From assembly GCF_000143415.4 (NCBI RefSeq), contig NW_003314305.1, forward strand, positions 805,709-869,708: a stretch of DNA of 64,000 bases, given 5' to 3'. The notes beneath the pieces were generated by a model, which was not told where the DNA came from, made no database searches, and was given only the letters and a program-made list of their open reading frames with translations. This document shows positions 50,598 to 62,400 of this stretch, in pieces; the stretch's first letter is position 1; each line of letters starts with the position of its first letter. The position numbers were made by a program, and so were the translations under genes. The stretch is from Selaginella moellendorffii. Its lineage: Eukaryota > Plantae > Lycopodiophyta.

Positions 50598-52338
50598 TGT
50601 GAGACACAAAATCCCTAGGCCCCAAAGTGGAGCCGGAGGGGTGCCATGTGGTAGTGGCCGAAGCGAAAGCCAAACGAGCATAACACGTTTGGACTAAAAG
50701 CTCCGCTTTGAAAGGTCGAGAGCGGGAGTGGAACTCCCAACGAAGTGCTCGAGGAACAAGCACAAAGAGAGCAATAAGCGAGGCTCCAAAAAGGGACCCA
50801 ACAAGACCAACAGATGACACGTGGAAGTGTCCGAGATGGACCCGAGCTGGAGTCCGAAGTGGAGTCCGAGAAGGACCCCGAGATGGAGTCCGAGGTGGAG
50901 TCCAAGGTGGACCCGAGATGGACCCGAGATGGAGTCCGAGATGGAGTCCGAAATGGACCCGAGATGGAGTCCGAGATGGACCCGAGATGGAGTTCGAGAT
51001 GGAGTCCAAGATGGAGTCCGAGGTGGAGTCCGAGATGGAGTCCGAGGTGGAGTCCGAGATGGAGTCCGAGATGGACCCGAGATGGACCCGAGATGGAGTC
51101 CGAGATGGAGTCCGAGATGGACCCGAGATGGAGTCCGAAGTCGAGATCGGGACCAAGACCGAGATCGAGACCGAGACCGAGACCGAGATCGGGACCGAGA
51201 CCGAGATCGGGACCGAGACCGAGACTGAGGCCGAGGCCGAGTCCAAGTCCGAGTCCGAATCCGAGTCCGAGTCCGAGTCCGAGTCCGAGTCCGAGTCCGA
51301 GGCCGAGTCCGAGTTCGAGTCTGAGGGGGTGAAAACCCAAAGCGTTCGTCTCCCAGACCTTGGGGGGTTTGGTGAGCTCCAAAAGTATAGTAGGGGGAGG
51401 ACTGCAGTGGAGCCAGTTTGGCCAAGAAAGGCCAGTTTGGCCAGGAAAGGCCAGTTTGGCCCAGGAAGGCCAGACCCAGTGTTGGGTGATGAGCTGCCCA
51501 CTGGGAAGTCCAAGACTAGAGTGAACACAGACCGACAAGCGGGGTAGCTTGGTGAAGTGTTCAAGAGCTGGCTCTAGTTCCCCCGGGAGATCAATTGGCC
51601 GATGCTCCCAGTCCAAGTGTGGGTGGCACTACCTACTTGGATACCTGGTGTGGCTCAACGAAACCTCGCTCTAAGCCCATGGCTAGAGCACCCAAAGTTA
51701 GAAGGCAAGAAGAGTACCCACAAGGCCCGTGTAGGGCCACGGTGTTCCGAAATGTTGCCCCAAAGTCCCAGACTGTGGAAAGGAAGAGGAGTAGCCCTCT
51801 AGTGTGGTGACAAGGGACACAGTCACACAGTAAGGAAGTCTGAGAGGACAGTTTGACTTAGTGGTCGGGCCTGTGGGCCTTGATCTAGTGGCAGTGTTGG
51901 TGAACACGGCCATGGACAGAAAGGGACTTGGTGGGGACCAGAAAGGAGATATTGGGGAAGGCTATTTCCCATGTCTGCAGGCATCCTAATGATGCTAAGG
52001 AGTGGATCTGGGATGACCACTCATGGATGGATAGCCCAGTCTTGGAGAGACGGGATTGCAATGCAGGTGGTGTTGAACCACTGATGTGACCAAGGTGATT
52101 GGGCATGGCCTAGCATAATGAGCTAGTATGTTGGTGGTGCCTTGGGGTGTCGGTCAAGGGATCGGACATGTGGAGCACTTGGACCAGGTGCAAAAGTTGA
52201 GTGGCGTGGATGCCATTCGCGGGGCTAGCAAGCCCCAAGTTCTGAATGGGACTTATGGAGGTTGTGAATGAGACTCCTCCAAGTGGTCGGAGGTGCGGTT
52301 AAGTGACTAAAGTAGAATAGAAAAATTAGTCGCTTACA
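50598..52338 (+). mobile_element. Solo LTR of family D
   Basis: TGTGAG...CTTACA, 1741 bp, perfect TSD GGAAA (50593-50597 / 52339-52343). Confidence 0.95.
50830..51322. repeat. Compound tandem array in the D solo LTR
   Basis: GAGATGGAGTCC, GAGATGGACCC, GAGACC and GAGTCC units. Confidence 0.95.
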
Positions 52339-52521
52339 GGAAATTAAGAGTCGCAACTCTCCCGAGAGCCCCGCTCTCTTGATACCTTACCCCTCAGGTC
52401 AAGCCCAATGGGAGCAAATTGGACCAGCTAGATGTCAATCAACATATGGTGTGATTCTTTTAGCCAACTAACAGAGTCGGACCAAAGACCCCTATGATAC
52501 TAAATGTAAACTCCTAAGTTT

Positions 52522-52576
52522 GGACTTCTTGGGAAATCACCTGACCCAGTATTATTCAAACCCAAGAACGCTTAAC
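52522..52576 (-). promoter_or_regulatory. 5S rRNA-like Pol III internal control region (A box, IE, C box) in the TRIM LTR; further copies at 50376-50430 (-) and 48815-48869 (+)
   Basis: GTTAAGCGTTCTTGGGTTTGAATAATACTGGGTCAGGTGATTTCCCAAGAAGTCC aligns without gaps to plant 5S rRNA nt ~51-105. About 40/55 identical by hand count against a consensus recalled from memory; most mismatches are transitions. Confidence 0.8.
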
Positions 52577-55570
52577 CCTAGATATCCTAAAACTTAATTG
52601 ATCGGAAAAGGGGATGCACTTTTATTCATGGGCCTTTTCCCTCTATATTTGAACCCTAATGGATCGTCTCTCAAGTCGTTCTCTTTGGTTCCTTACACCT
52701 TGGGCCATTGAACAAAAGAACAAAGCTAAACTCCTAAGTATGGAGCTAAGGAGTGTTGGAACTGGATCACGGAGCAACTCTTGAGCATATAACCCAAAGA
52801 GTGAAGGGACAGGAGTATGGAGCGACTTAGAACAATCCTAGAGCATTTAATATCCCAATGCCAAAACTAACATACAAAACAGAGCCAAATGGAGTTTGGT
52901 GTTATTTCAGTATACCGATGGTCTAAGATGAGGATATGGCTACTCCACCAGCTAACATGGGGTGGAGTTTGGGCTTATATCCAAGCCAGATGCAAAACAA
53001 AGACAGACATGCAAGAGGGAGTTAAACTATGCCTCAGGTTGGTTGACCATGCCTAACTTACCCACTATCCCTACTATACATTTGGAACTCTCTATAGCCC
53101 CCTCTTGAAGAACACACGCTTTGGGCTTTCACCCCAAGCCTCCCTTAGTATCAGGAGTTAGTAAACTCAAAACTTATTAAATATAGAATGTCTTTAGATT
53201 GCGAATTTGGACATGAGACGAACACTCTCTACATTCCGTAGATATGCCAAATGAGCAAATCTAACACTTTCTATAAATAACATTTAGGACCAAAATGAAA
53301 CTAACACAAAGGGAGGATGTTTAGCAAACACAGTAAACTATCATTTAGTGAATATTAAGAGACCAAACTCAATATCATGGGGGTTTTTAATACTAGCAAG
53401 TGCAAGCTAATGACACAAATTTCTTAAACCATGCCGAATATGCTCAACAAAAAATACATAAGGTTTCTACCTTATATTTATCCAATTTAAATGCATGGTT
53501 ATTGACCAATTTCTTAACTAACTCAAGTGGGAACTAATAACGAATCCAACAAGACCAACCTCTTGCCATTGTAGTAGTAAGGAAAGAGTGTCCGTAAAGA
53601 CTGGCCAACAGATAACTTTCAATACCCAAGGTCACATTTGCAACAGCTTCTTAAGTCATTCTCTTTAATTACTTACAATCCACCATGCTTCCCTGCAAAT
53701 CAATCTTAACATATGGTGTGATTCTTCTCAGGTTCCTAGCTGCCAAACTGGATCACTAAATATTAATCTCAACATGTGGTATGATTCCCTTAACAAACTA
53801 GTAAAATCATACTTAAGATATCAATCTCAACATATAGTGATTCACCTAGCCAACCAATAGAGTCAAACTTAAGACCATTCTAATACCAAATGTAAGCTTC
53901 TAAATTTAAACTTCCCAAAAAATCATATAACCCAGTACTAAAAATGTTTAACCCTAAGTATCCCAAGACCCTTAACCAATTAGAAAAATATATACACTCT
54001 TGCTTATAAGCCCTTTCCTTCTATATCTAAATTTTTATAGATTATCTTTTGAATTATTCTTTTTAATTGCTTACAAAAGGTTAGCAATAAGAGTAAGAGG
54101 TGTTGTACCACACACTATAAATGCCACCATCAATTGCACTAACTATTGCTCTAAAGTCAAAGAAAAAAGAGGTTATTACTCTACTATGAAAATGAACAAA
54201 AAGAAAAAAAGCAAAAGAGAAGAATTTGAAAAAGTTACAAGGAAAGTGAGATTTAGACAATGCAAAAACTAAATCTAAACTTTAATCCCAAATCTAAGCA
54301 CTTCTAAAAAACAATCAAAGATATCTCCATCAATATGAGTGTATAGAATATAGAAATAGAATATAAAATATACATATTAATTAGCCTAAAAAATCTACTT
54401 TATATACAAGAGCAAGTGGTCTGAATTGAAACCAATTTAATAGCTATTAAAATCGCATTATGCAATTACTAGTATACAATATCATAACCATACAATTAGA
54501 CCTCACAATTTTTAATTTACTTTCTCTGCTAGGAGTAAAGCACTCCTAGCAGACCTTTATTATGGAGAAACAAACTGGATTTTTTTTATTAAATTTTTTT
54601 ATTCTAATAATGGTGGTGATTTTTTGTCATTAGTTCATCATATGTCTCAATAAAATAGGATTTCCAAATGTAAAACCAAACCATTCTTAACATGGTTCTT
54701 TCAATCCTTTTACAAGCATCTATGCCATTTTTGCTTTGGTCATAAGTTATAGCCATTGTCATTTACACTTTGACTCGTATTTCTACATTTTTCTTAGGAT
54801 CACATGATATGCCTTATGAGATTTGGATGGGTTATTTTTCTTCTCCTAGTCACTTTTGAGTTTTGGTTGTAAAGTAGTCCAAATCCAGGGTATTCATTGG
54901 GTATCATAAGCATATCAGAGGCTATAAGGTTTATAATTTTCACACTTGCACTTCTATTTCACACATGATTATGAGCCAGATAAGATTTTATAGAATATTC
55001 ATATGCATATTTCACCATCTACACAGATGAATCATACAAGAAGAAAAAAACACTTACAAATTCACCAATTGGAATAACAAAAAAAAATGAACAAAAGAAA
55101 ATTCCATTAACTTTGGGATGGTTATTATAAAGTAGACCTTTGAATGGAAGCAGATGAATGAATTAGCATTTTTGTTGATGTGGGGGGTGTTAGTCTATAC
55201 AAGGAAGAATCTGGTTCCCTTGGTGCTACTTGGAACTGATGAAGCCCAAGCCAGAGCAGTTACACTTGAGCTCGAGAGACGAGGACTACCTTTATGTATT
55301 CTCAAAGCATGGGATCACATCCAGCAACGGTAAGTTGTTTGTTATTGTCAATAACACATTGCCTCTTGTGACAGAATCCACGAGCTCAGGTTTAATCAAG
55401 AGCTGTGATCAAACAGTTGACGAAGCAAATCAGGTCAAATGTGAGATCAAATGTGGTCAAAAGCAACAGAGAAGGATGAAGGCGCAAGAGCGAACAAATT
55501 GACAAGACAACTTAGGTACTCTTTAATTGTTTCCCAACTATTAAGATCAAGCGAATGTCTTAGGGACTCA

Positions 55571-58500
55571 TTACTTCTTGGACAACTCCAAACCATCCAT
55601 CCACAGAGTACGAATCTTCCGGTAGCTCACACCAGAGTAAACCGGTTGTTTACTTGGCTCTAGCACCCACGTCAAGATCTTGCCGTCATTCTGGTCCTCA
55701 ATGTCAACATCCACGGCAGTTTCCTCCACTCTAACCTGCTGTTTCGGGGCTTTCAGACCACGGGCATCAGTATACCATGTGTAGGTCCAGGACAGAAGCG
55801 GGGAGAGCGCCTTGATAAACAGAAAAGTCATCAGCATGCACAGCAATTCCCCTGGCACCGATGTGGCTATCATAACAAAGTTGTAGTGGACCAAAGGTGG
55901 CAAGACTGAAAAGCCTGCACATGCAAAAGCCACAAGAACAAAGCAAATCGAGCCAACCAGCAGGCTTGCCGCGAGGAGCAGTGTCCACCTCAGCCTGTCA
56001 ATCACACCCAAGTCAAACACCTGGGGCAGTGGGAGGATGCCTGCAACTCCAGCCAGTGCGCTTGCCATCGCAAAGAAGAAGGAGAGGCTGTTGAAGATCC
56101 AGAATGCTTTCACTCCTGGATAGTTGATGGCCACATACTTGAGGTCATCCTCCTGCTGGCCGTGCTTCGTGAGCTTCAGGGAGTATTGCAGAGGTGGGCT
56201 CAAGGATCCAGCGTATGTCACACCTGCAATCAGAGCTGCCCCCACCAATATGGCATTGAGGGCATCTACAAACAGTTCCCGGTCCTTGTGCAAGTTGTCC
56301 AGGTACTGTTCCCACTTCAGGCTGTTGAGCAGGAAGCTGTTTTTCCAGGATTTTGGTGCATACCAATATGGTGCCTTTCCAAAGTTGTCAAATATGCCAA
56401 CTCTACAATTCCTTGTATGAAGGATAGAGAGGGTGGTAGAGGTCTCCTCAAAGATGGTGGACCAATGCAAGGCAGTCCTGCCTGTGTGAACCCCCTTGTC
56501 ATTTGGGTACTCCAGCATCCCTCCAATCTTCCTGCTTTCTAAAAGATCTTCAACTTTCTTTACAAGAGCTTTGCTCTTGTTCTCCTCTTGGTTCGATCTT
56601 CCACTGTCAGTACTTTCTGCTGTGCTTTTCTCTTTCAGCCTTGTAAACCAGTAAGCCAGAGGGATGTCCTCCACCAAGTTAGAGATGCTCATGTGGACCA
56701 AATGACTACTTCTGTGGACCCTGTTTAGATTCTCGTTTGATTCCTGGTCAGACCAACGAGCACTTGGCAGCAGGACTGACTTGATCAGATCGCCAAGCCC
56801 CCATCGACTGCTTGCTGTAGCTAGGCTCGTGGCAAACCCGGATTTCCACACATCTTCACTAAGGAAACCAATCTTGAAAGCATCCACCAAAAACTGGCTG
56901 CTAGAAGCATATCTATTTAGTTGCTCTTTGCCACGACGATCTAGTTGGCTTAAGATCTGCAAGGCCCTGAACATTGGCTCTACATCGCTCGCTCGTGTTC
57001 TTCCCCTTGTTGTGTTCTTGGCATAGAATGCGGCCCATTCCAATATTCGTGATTCCTTGACTATTTTTAAAATGTAATCCTTAGCCTGCTCGTCCGATGA
57101 GAATTTAATGAGAAGTGATGCAAGCTTTTCATTTGTGTCACTATCTCCCAAAGCGGCAATGCAAGCCAATAATCCAGGCTCAAGTTTCCTGTGCTGCGCC
57201 TGAATACGGTTTAATACTTTCCAACACACCAAATCCGGCTCATGTGAGCGATGGGCTTCAATTAAATGAAACACCTGTTGCCACCTTTCAAAGTCCACAT
57301 TCCCATTAAACAATCTTACACTTCTTTCCAAGTGAGAGTCGACAAGCCAAGTATACTTTTCAGATCCTCCAATAACAGCCCAATGCCATGGCATAAGTCC
57401 TTCAACGGAATCCTCAGCAGTCAAATCAGCATTCCTGTCTATCAACCATTTCCCTGCTTCCTCTTTATCATTCCAAGCTGCATAATGCAGCGGGGTCAAG
57501 CCAGTCTTTGTTGCCTTGCTGATTTCCAGCTTCTCCCCTAGCTTCTCCTCCAAGAGCTCAAGAACCTCAACCTTCCTACCTTTACCTCTACAAGCAAAGT
57601 GCAACATGCCAGTGCCCATGTTGTCAGTCTTGTTTATATCAGCTTTAAGCTCGAGCAAACGCTCAACCATTTTAGTGTTGCCTCCTGCAAATGCAATGTG
57701 CAAAGGTGTCTGCCCCATGTTGTTAGTGCAGTCTACGTCCCAAGGGTCCTCACCTTCCTGCAGTTTCTCCACCACCATGTTCAGAACCGCAACATCCTGT
57801 CCATAAGCTGCTACATGCAAAGAGGTCTCCCCTGTAAACCTGCTGTCCTTCTCAACCAGTAGCTGGGCAAGACGATTATGCTCGACGTCAAAGTGCCTAA
57901 ATAGAGGCTTCACCAGGTCCAGTTTCCCAATACAAAGGCAGCCATGCAAGACTAAAAGATGCCCAACCTCGGGAACTGTCAGCAATTGCATAAGCTCTTC
58001 AGAAATACCTGCTGGGTCGGTTGACAGTATTCTCTTGAGGACTTTCCTCATGATTCTCACCTGGAGAGGCTGACGCACCTTTGTCAACAGCATCAGTGGT
58101 GAAAAGCCAGCTTTGTTGAGTTTGTGAAGATTAGCACCCAGTTTTATCAACAAAAGACACATATTGCCACATCCTTCTGTCATAGCCACGTGAAGAGGCG
58201 TGTTGCCATCGTTGTTGACATACTGATCGGCGTCAAAGTTGGCTCCTAGCCGTTTAATCATATAGTTGAACGTGCCATCGTAGCACCAAAAGGCAGCTAC
58301 ATGAAGTGGTGTATTCCCATTGTTATCAGGCCTCACGATGTCATCAATGCTCGTCGGAAGTAAAGTTAGCAAACGGGCAACATTTGTTCCATCCACGAAT
58401 CTAGCTGCTATGTGCAAGGGTGTTTCTCCTTTGTTATTGCACAAGCCCACAGCTTTTAGCTTCTTCTTCTTGATTTGTTCAAGCAATACCCCAACAACCC

Positions 58501-59011
58501 CCGCAACGTTGCTAATAACAGCTGCATGAAGTGCAGTGTTGCCAAGCCCATCCTTTTTGAGGATGTCTCTGATGCTTCTGGGAAGTAAAGCCTTGACCAG
58601 TCTGAGATTCCCTCTCCTGCTTGCCAAATGGAGTGCAGTGGTGGCACCATGGTCATCAACGAGATTGTGGATATCCCAGCCATTTTCTATCATGTTCTTT
58701 ACTTTATCCTCGCAGCCGGGGTCACCCGGATTACCAAGGAGCGCTTCAAATGGTTCTGCACAAAATGAGGCACTTCAAAGCTAAGTATACACTTGTAAGA
58801 AGAGATCAAGAGCTCGAGAGACGAGATACCATCGAAATCTAGATCTTGCTTGGCTCCCTCCATTCTGGAAAGTGTGGATTGCAAGCTACTCATTATGTTT
58901 GTTAGTTTCTTGGATTGTTCTTCTGCACAACAAACGTTAAGCCATTTAATTCTTATGAGGCACATACATACCACCAGCAAATTCAGCGATATCCACATTC
59001 ATTGTTGTCAT
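55571..59011 (-). CDS. Ankyrin-repeat protein with C-terminal PGG-type transmembrane domain (ACD6/ITN1-like)
   Basis: Many GxT(A/P)LHxA repeats, then ALNAILVGAALIAGVTYAGSLSPP and AFWIFNSLSFFFAM with ~4 TM helices. Two short 5' exons join in frame (introns 58971-58923 and 58829-58756). Confidence 0.9.
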
Positions 59012-59485
59012 CTTAGCCGAGCTGACTTTGTATCGCTCCGCAGCCTCCACAAGAGCGACGCTAGGGTCGCCAACCGCCAGCACCAAATTCAGTAAGCACC
59101 AATCCTTCACAAGTTCCCACCACACTCGGAATGAGCGATGCCTAGCGTCGCCCACTGCTCCTCCCAATCTTCGGAGATTTAGGTCCAGCCACAATGCGAT
59201 TTTATACAAGCCCGAAAGGCAAGAAAGCTTCTACATCGAAGCATTCTGATGCACGCTAGCAAATTCACTTGGATTAACTCCTAGCGTAAATGGCAATGTT
59301 ACGCCGGTTAACTCGCTAGTCGCTCGTCTTCTTTAATTATGCGAGTCAACAGCGGTCAGCAGAGTTTGGGGCGGTTTCACCATGCTTATCAAAGAATATG
59401 CGAACTTTTACAAGTTGACATCGATCATGGGAAGAAAACAATGCTGACGTCTGGCTTTAATTATACCGGGTGGCCTTAGAATGAT

Positions 59486-62400
59486 CTAGATTTCTACACA
59501 GTTGCCTTGACGAGATGCTGAGCGTGAGCCTTGCGCCGATCGCGATGGGCTCCTTGGCTTCAATTAAATCGATGTCTAGCATAACATAGAGGGAAAAAAG
59601 AATCGAACCAAAAGCAAGGAGTCTAAACGTAAGGTAAGTTTACCGGCTGGACCACTGGGGAGCTCCTGAAGATTTTGTTGTAGTTCTCTTCTCGGTTTAG
59701 CATCTTGATTTGTTTCGACTCACCTGCGAGTAAGCCATCAGCCAATGCGTCTAAAGAAGTGACAAAGAAAAAAACTTACCGTGAAGTCTTTGGTACGCCA
59801 GATCTTTAGCTTCGCACGACTCTTGAAGCTTCACGTACAGCTGCTCTAAGTATGTAATTCTCTCCACATCTTCTGGTTTTGACTCTTGGTTATCAAATCG
59901 GCTCTGGAAAAGGCAAAGTAAAAATCTTGTCAACAGGACACAAAGAGACGTTACCTTCAGCTTCACAAACTGTTGCTGTAGCTCTGTCATTTCTGCTTGC
60001 TTTTGCCTCATCACAAGCTGGCGATTCCAAGATTGATACAGAAGAATGTAAAAGGGAAACAAGCTACCTTGCTACGGTTGAGATCTTGTTGGAGATTTTG
60101 GTATTGCTGTGCATGAATGTTGCAGGCGTCTAGCTCGGTCCGGTATTTCTTTTCCAGTTGCTTTGCCATAGCTTCCTTGTCCTTGGAAAACTTGCACCGC
60201 TGAAAGTTGAAGCTGGCAGTACAAAGAAAGGAATACGTGCGGCTTGACTATATTAAAGCTTACGCTTTCTCATGGCTGAGCCTCAACTCCTTCAAAGCAG
60301 ATTCGCTCTTTATTTCAATCTCACGGCTGTTATCGCTTAAATCTTTCAGTTTTTTCTCCTGTAAGAATCAAAAGTGAGAGACTAAATGCCCTTTCAACTG
60401 ATGGTGATGAGGCGAATCTTAAGAGTGATCATGTTTTCCAGCTCGGTGATATGGTGCATCAAGTGAGAGTTATGGGATTTAGTCTGCCTGGAGGAGTTAG
60501 AAAGAAGACAATATAAATAAGAGCAAGCCAACCTTCTCTGTTTCCTTTGCGTGGATCTCGTTCAGTTTTTGCGTCTCTGATCTATGGACTTCAGAAAGAC
60601 GTTCTAGCCGCTTCTTGTGGTCTTCATGCAAGGTCAGAGATTCCAAGACTACCTTTTCAGTGGACCGAGACACAGCAATAGCCATCTCCCTCGCATGAGT
60701 TTCTTTGAGTTGAGTCACTTCAACCTCTGCCTTTTTCATTTGAGCCTGTGTTTTTCCAATGCGTTACATACAAGGAAATTCTGAAAAGCAACAGGAAATA
60801 CCTCAAGAGCGTGCTGATGAGCCATTACTAAAGCATTTTGTTGCTGAACAACTAAAACTCGTGTTTCATCCTGTTCACGCCTGAACCTTCCCCGCTCCTC
60901 TTCAAACTCAGCCTCAGTCTTCTCTATTTGTTTCTGATATTTCTCAGCTGCCACTCGAATTTCTTGTGCCTGTCATGCAGATTAAGTGTTTCTCGAGTAT
61001 AAATTGAAAATGATTTACCTTAGTTTCCTCAAACGCGTTTTTAAGAGCGTCACGCTCCATCTGCAGAATTTGCACAATTACTAAACAAGCAAAGAAGAAA
61101 AAACACAGGACCAACCTGGTGGTTATGGAGAGCAACTTCTATAGCGATAGCATGCATCTCGGTCAACTTTTGAATCGCGCATTCAGCTCGTTCATGTTCG
61201 TCTTCCACGTTCTGATGGAATTCCTTCTCCTTCCTACAGTGATCACAACTACGATTATGAACGCGTCCTTGTCTTTCGTTTACTGTTCAAGCTTGGCCAA
61301 ATAGCTTTGCAAAGCCGCCGCTTCAGCATTCTTCTCCGCAAGTTTCGCATCCTCAAGTTCTCGGTTTAATGATTCGATGTCAGCAACCTTTTGCCTCTCT
61401 CTCGAACGAAGCTGAAAACTACCAGCTGATTCAGATCAAATAAACACGAGACAATCTTCTTACCTCTTGAGCCAGCAACTCCAGTGACTCTTCCAGCTGT
61501 GTACCCTTTCGTTGAGACTCTTGAAGTTTTCGTTCGAAATTCAAGCACACCTTCACATCAGAACATAAAGCTCTAATCGTCGACCAGTTTCAGTGTACCA
61601 GTTTAAAATTGTCTTCATGATCTGTTACTTGGGATTTTAGAGACTTAAGCTCATGCTCACCATGTACTTTCAGCGTCTCAATTTCAGCCTCGAGGTGATC
61701 AACCTTTCACATACGACACTACAATTGATATCAAAACATATGTTTCATTTGCTTACCCTTTTCTGATAAATATTTAAATGAGTCAGGTGTTTCAGTTGTT
61801 GCTCCTTCAGCTTAGACTGCAATCCCTTGACTTCTTTCCGGTGCTTCTCTCGCTGAAGTTCTCTCTGTAGAACACAAGAAGGAACAGTAATATAAATAAA
61901 CAAGAAAGAAGAAAAGTACTACCGTTCGCGAAAAGGCTTCCTCCATGTTTTTCAGTTTTAACTCATGTTCGGCCACGCGAATTTTAAGCTTGACCTCCAG
62001 CCGTTGAATATAGTCTTCTTTCTAAAACACAGGAAGCAAATAAGAAAGTTTGGACTTTTGATTATACTTCTGAAAGGCTTGAACGCAGCTGGGACACTTC
62101 TTCACCAATTCCTCTCTTCACAGAATCTAGCTCTTGAATCTCGTCGTCCTTAACTGCTATGTTATATCGTTCTTTCTCGAGCTGTTGAGACAAAGTCCAT
62201 AACAACTTAAACACTTTCAGAAAACATCTGCCAATGCAACGTCCAGCTCTCTCTGGGTCTTTGTTAAGGATGAATGCAGTTGTTCAATCTGAAAAAATCA
62301 ACGTTAGTTAAAAAATTTCTTCAACATAAAACCCATGCAATCCCCAACCTTGCAGTTATCATTACTGATATTGTCCTCTTTCTTCTTACTGCTGCTAGTC

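Larger units (their letters stand above)
50359..52697 (-). mobile_element. 5S-bearing (Cassandra-like) TRIM copy 1
   Basis: LTRs 50359-50553 and 52505-52697. Perfect TSD CCTTG (50354-50358 / 52698-52702). Degenerate iMet PBS next to 52504 and PPT-like tract next to 50554. Internal region is ~205 bp once the nested solo LTR is removed. Confidence 0.9.
50290..53645 (-). mobile_element. Second family E LTR (3' end clipped), interrupted by TRIM copy 1
   Basis: Begins TGTTGCAAATGTG at 53645 (compare TGCCACGAATGTG at 39920). Colinear with E copy 1. Confidence 0.75.
50239..54075 (-). mobile_element. 5S-bearing TRIM copy 2, interrupted by a family E LTR
   Basis: 5' LTR 53891-54075, PBS-like TGGTATTAG (53880-53888), ~210 bp internal region. 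3' LTR split into 53646-53677 and 50239-50290, with an internal deletion. TSD AAGGG/AAAGG. Confidence 0.75.
37180..54507 (-). mobile_element. Old Ty3/gypsy element A, host of the nest
   Basis: Similar LTR ends at ~37180-37342 and ~54345-54507. PPT next to 37343. Decayed integrase at 37.4-38.3 kb and RT at 39.3-39.8 kb (MLFNLKNALASF*WMMNEVL*D, FINDVLI). Coding trace resumes after 48926. Confidence 0.7.

Noticed and set aside
41254-51616. Long ORFs across the D LTR arrays (SD, GL, RS and ES repeat proteins)
   Set aside because: They are open in most frames on both strands because the repeat units lack stops. Many have non-ATG starts, and frames shift between LTR copies.
52522-52576. Functional 5S rRNA gene
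   Set aside because: Only the internal ~55 nt matches, both 5S ends are absent, and the segment lies within an LTR.
54510-55502. Possible TE-derived coding remnant
   Set aside because: Too degraded to assign.
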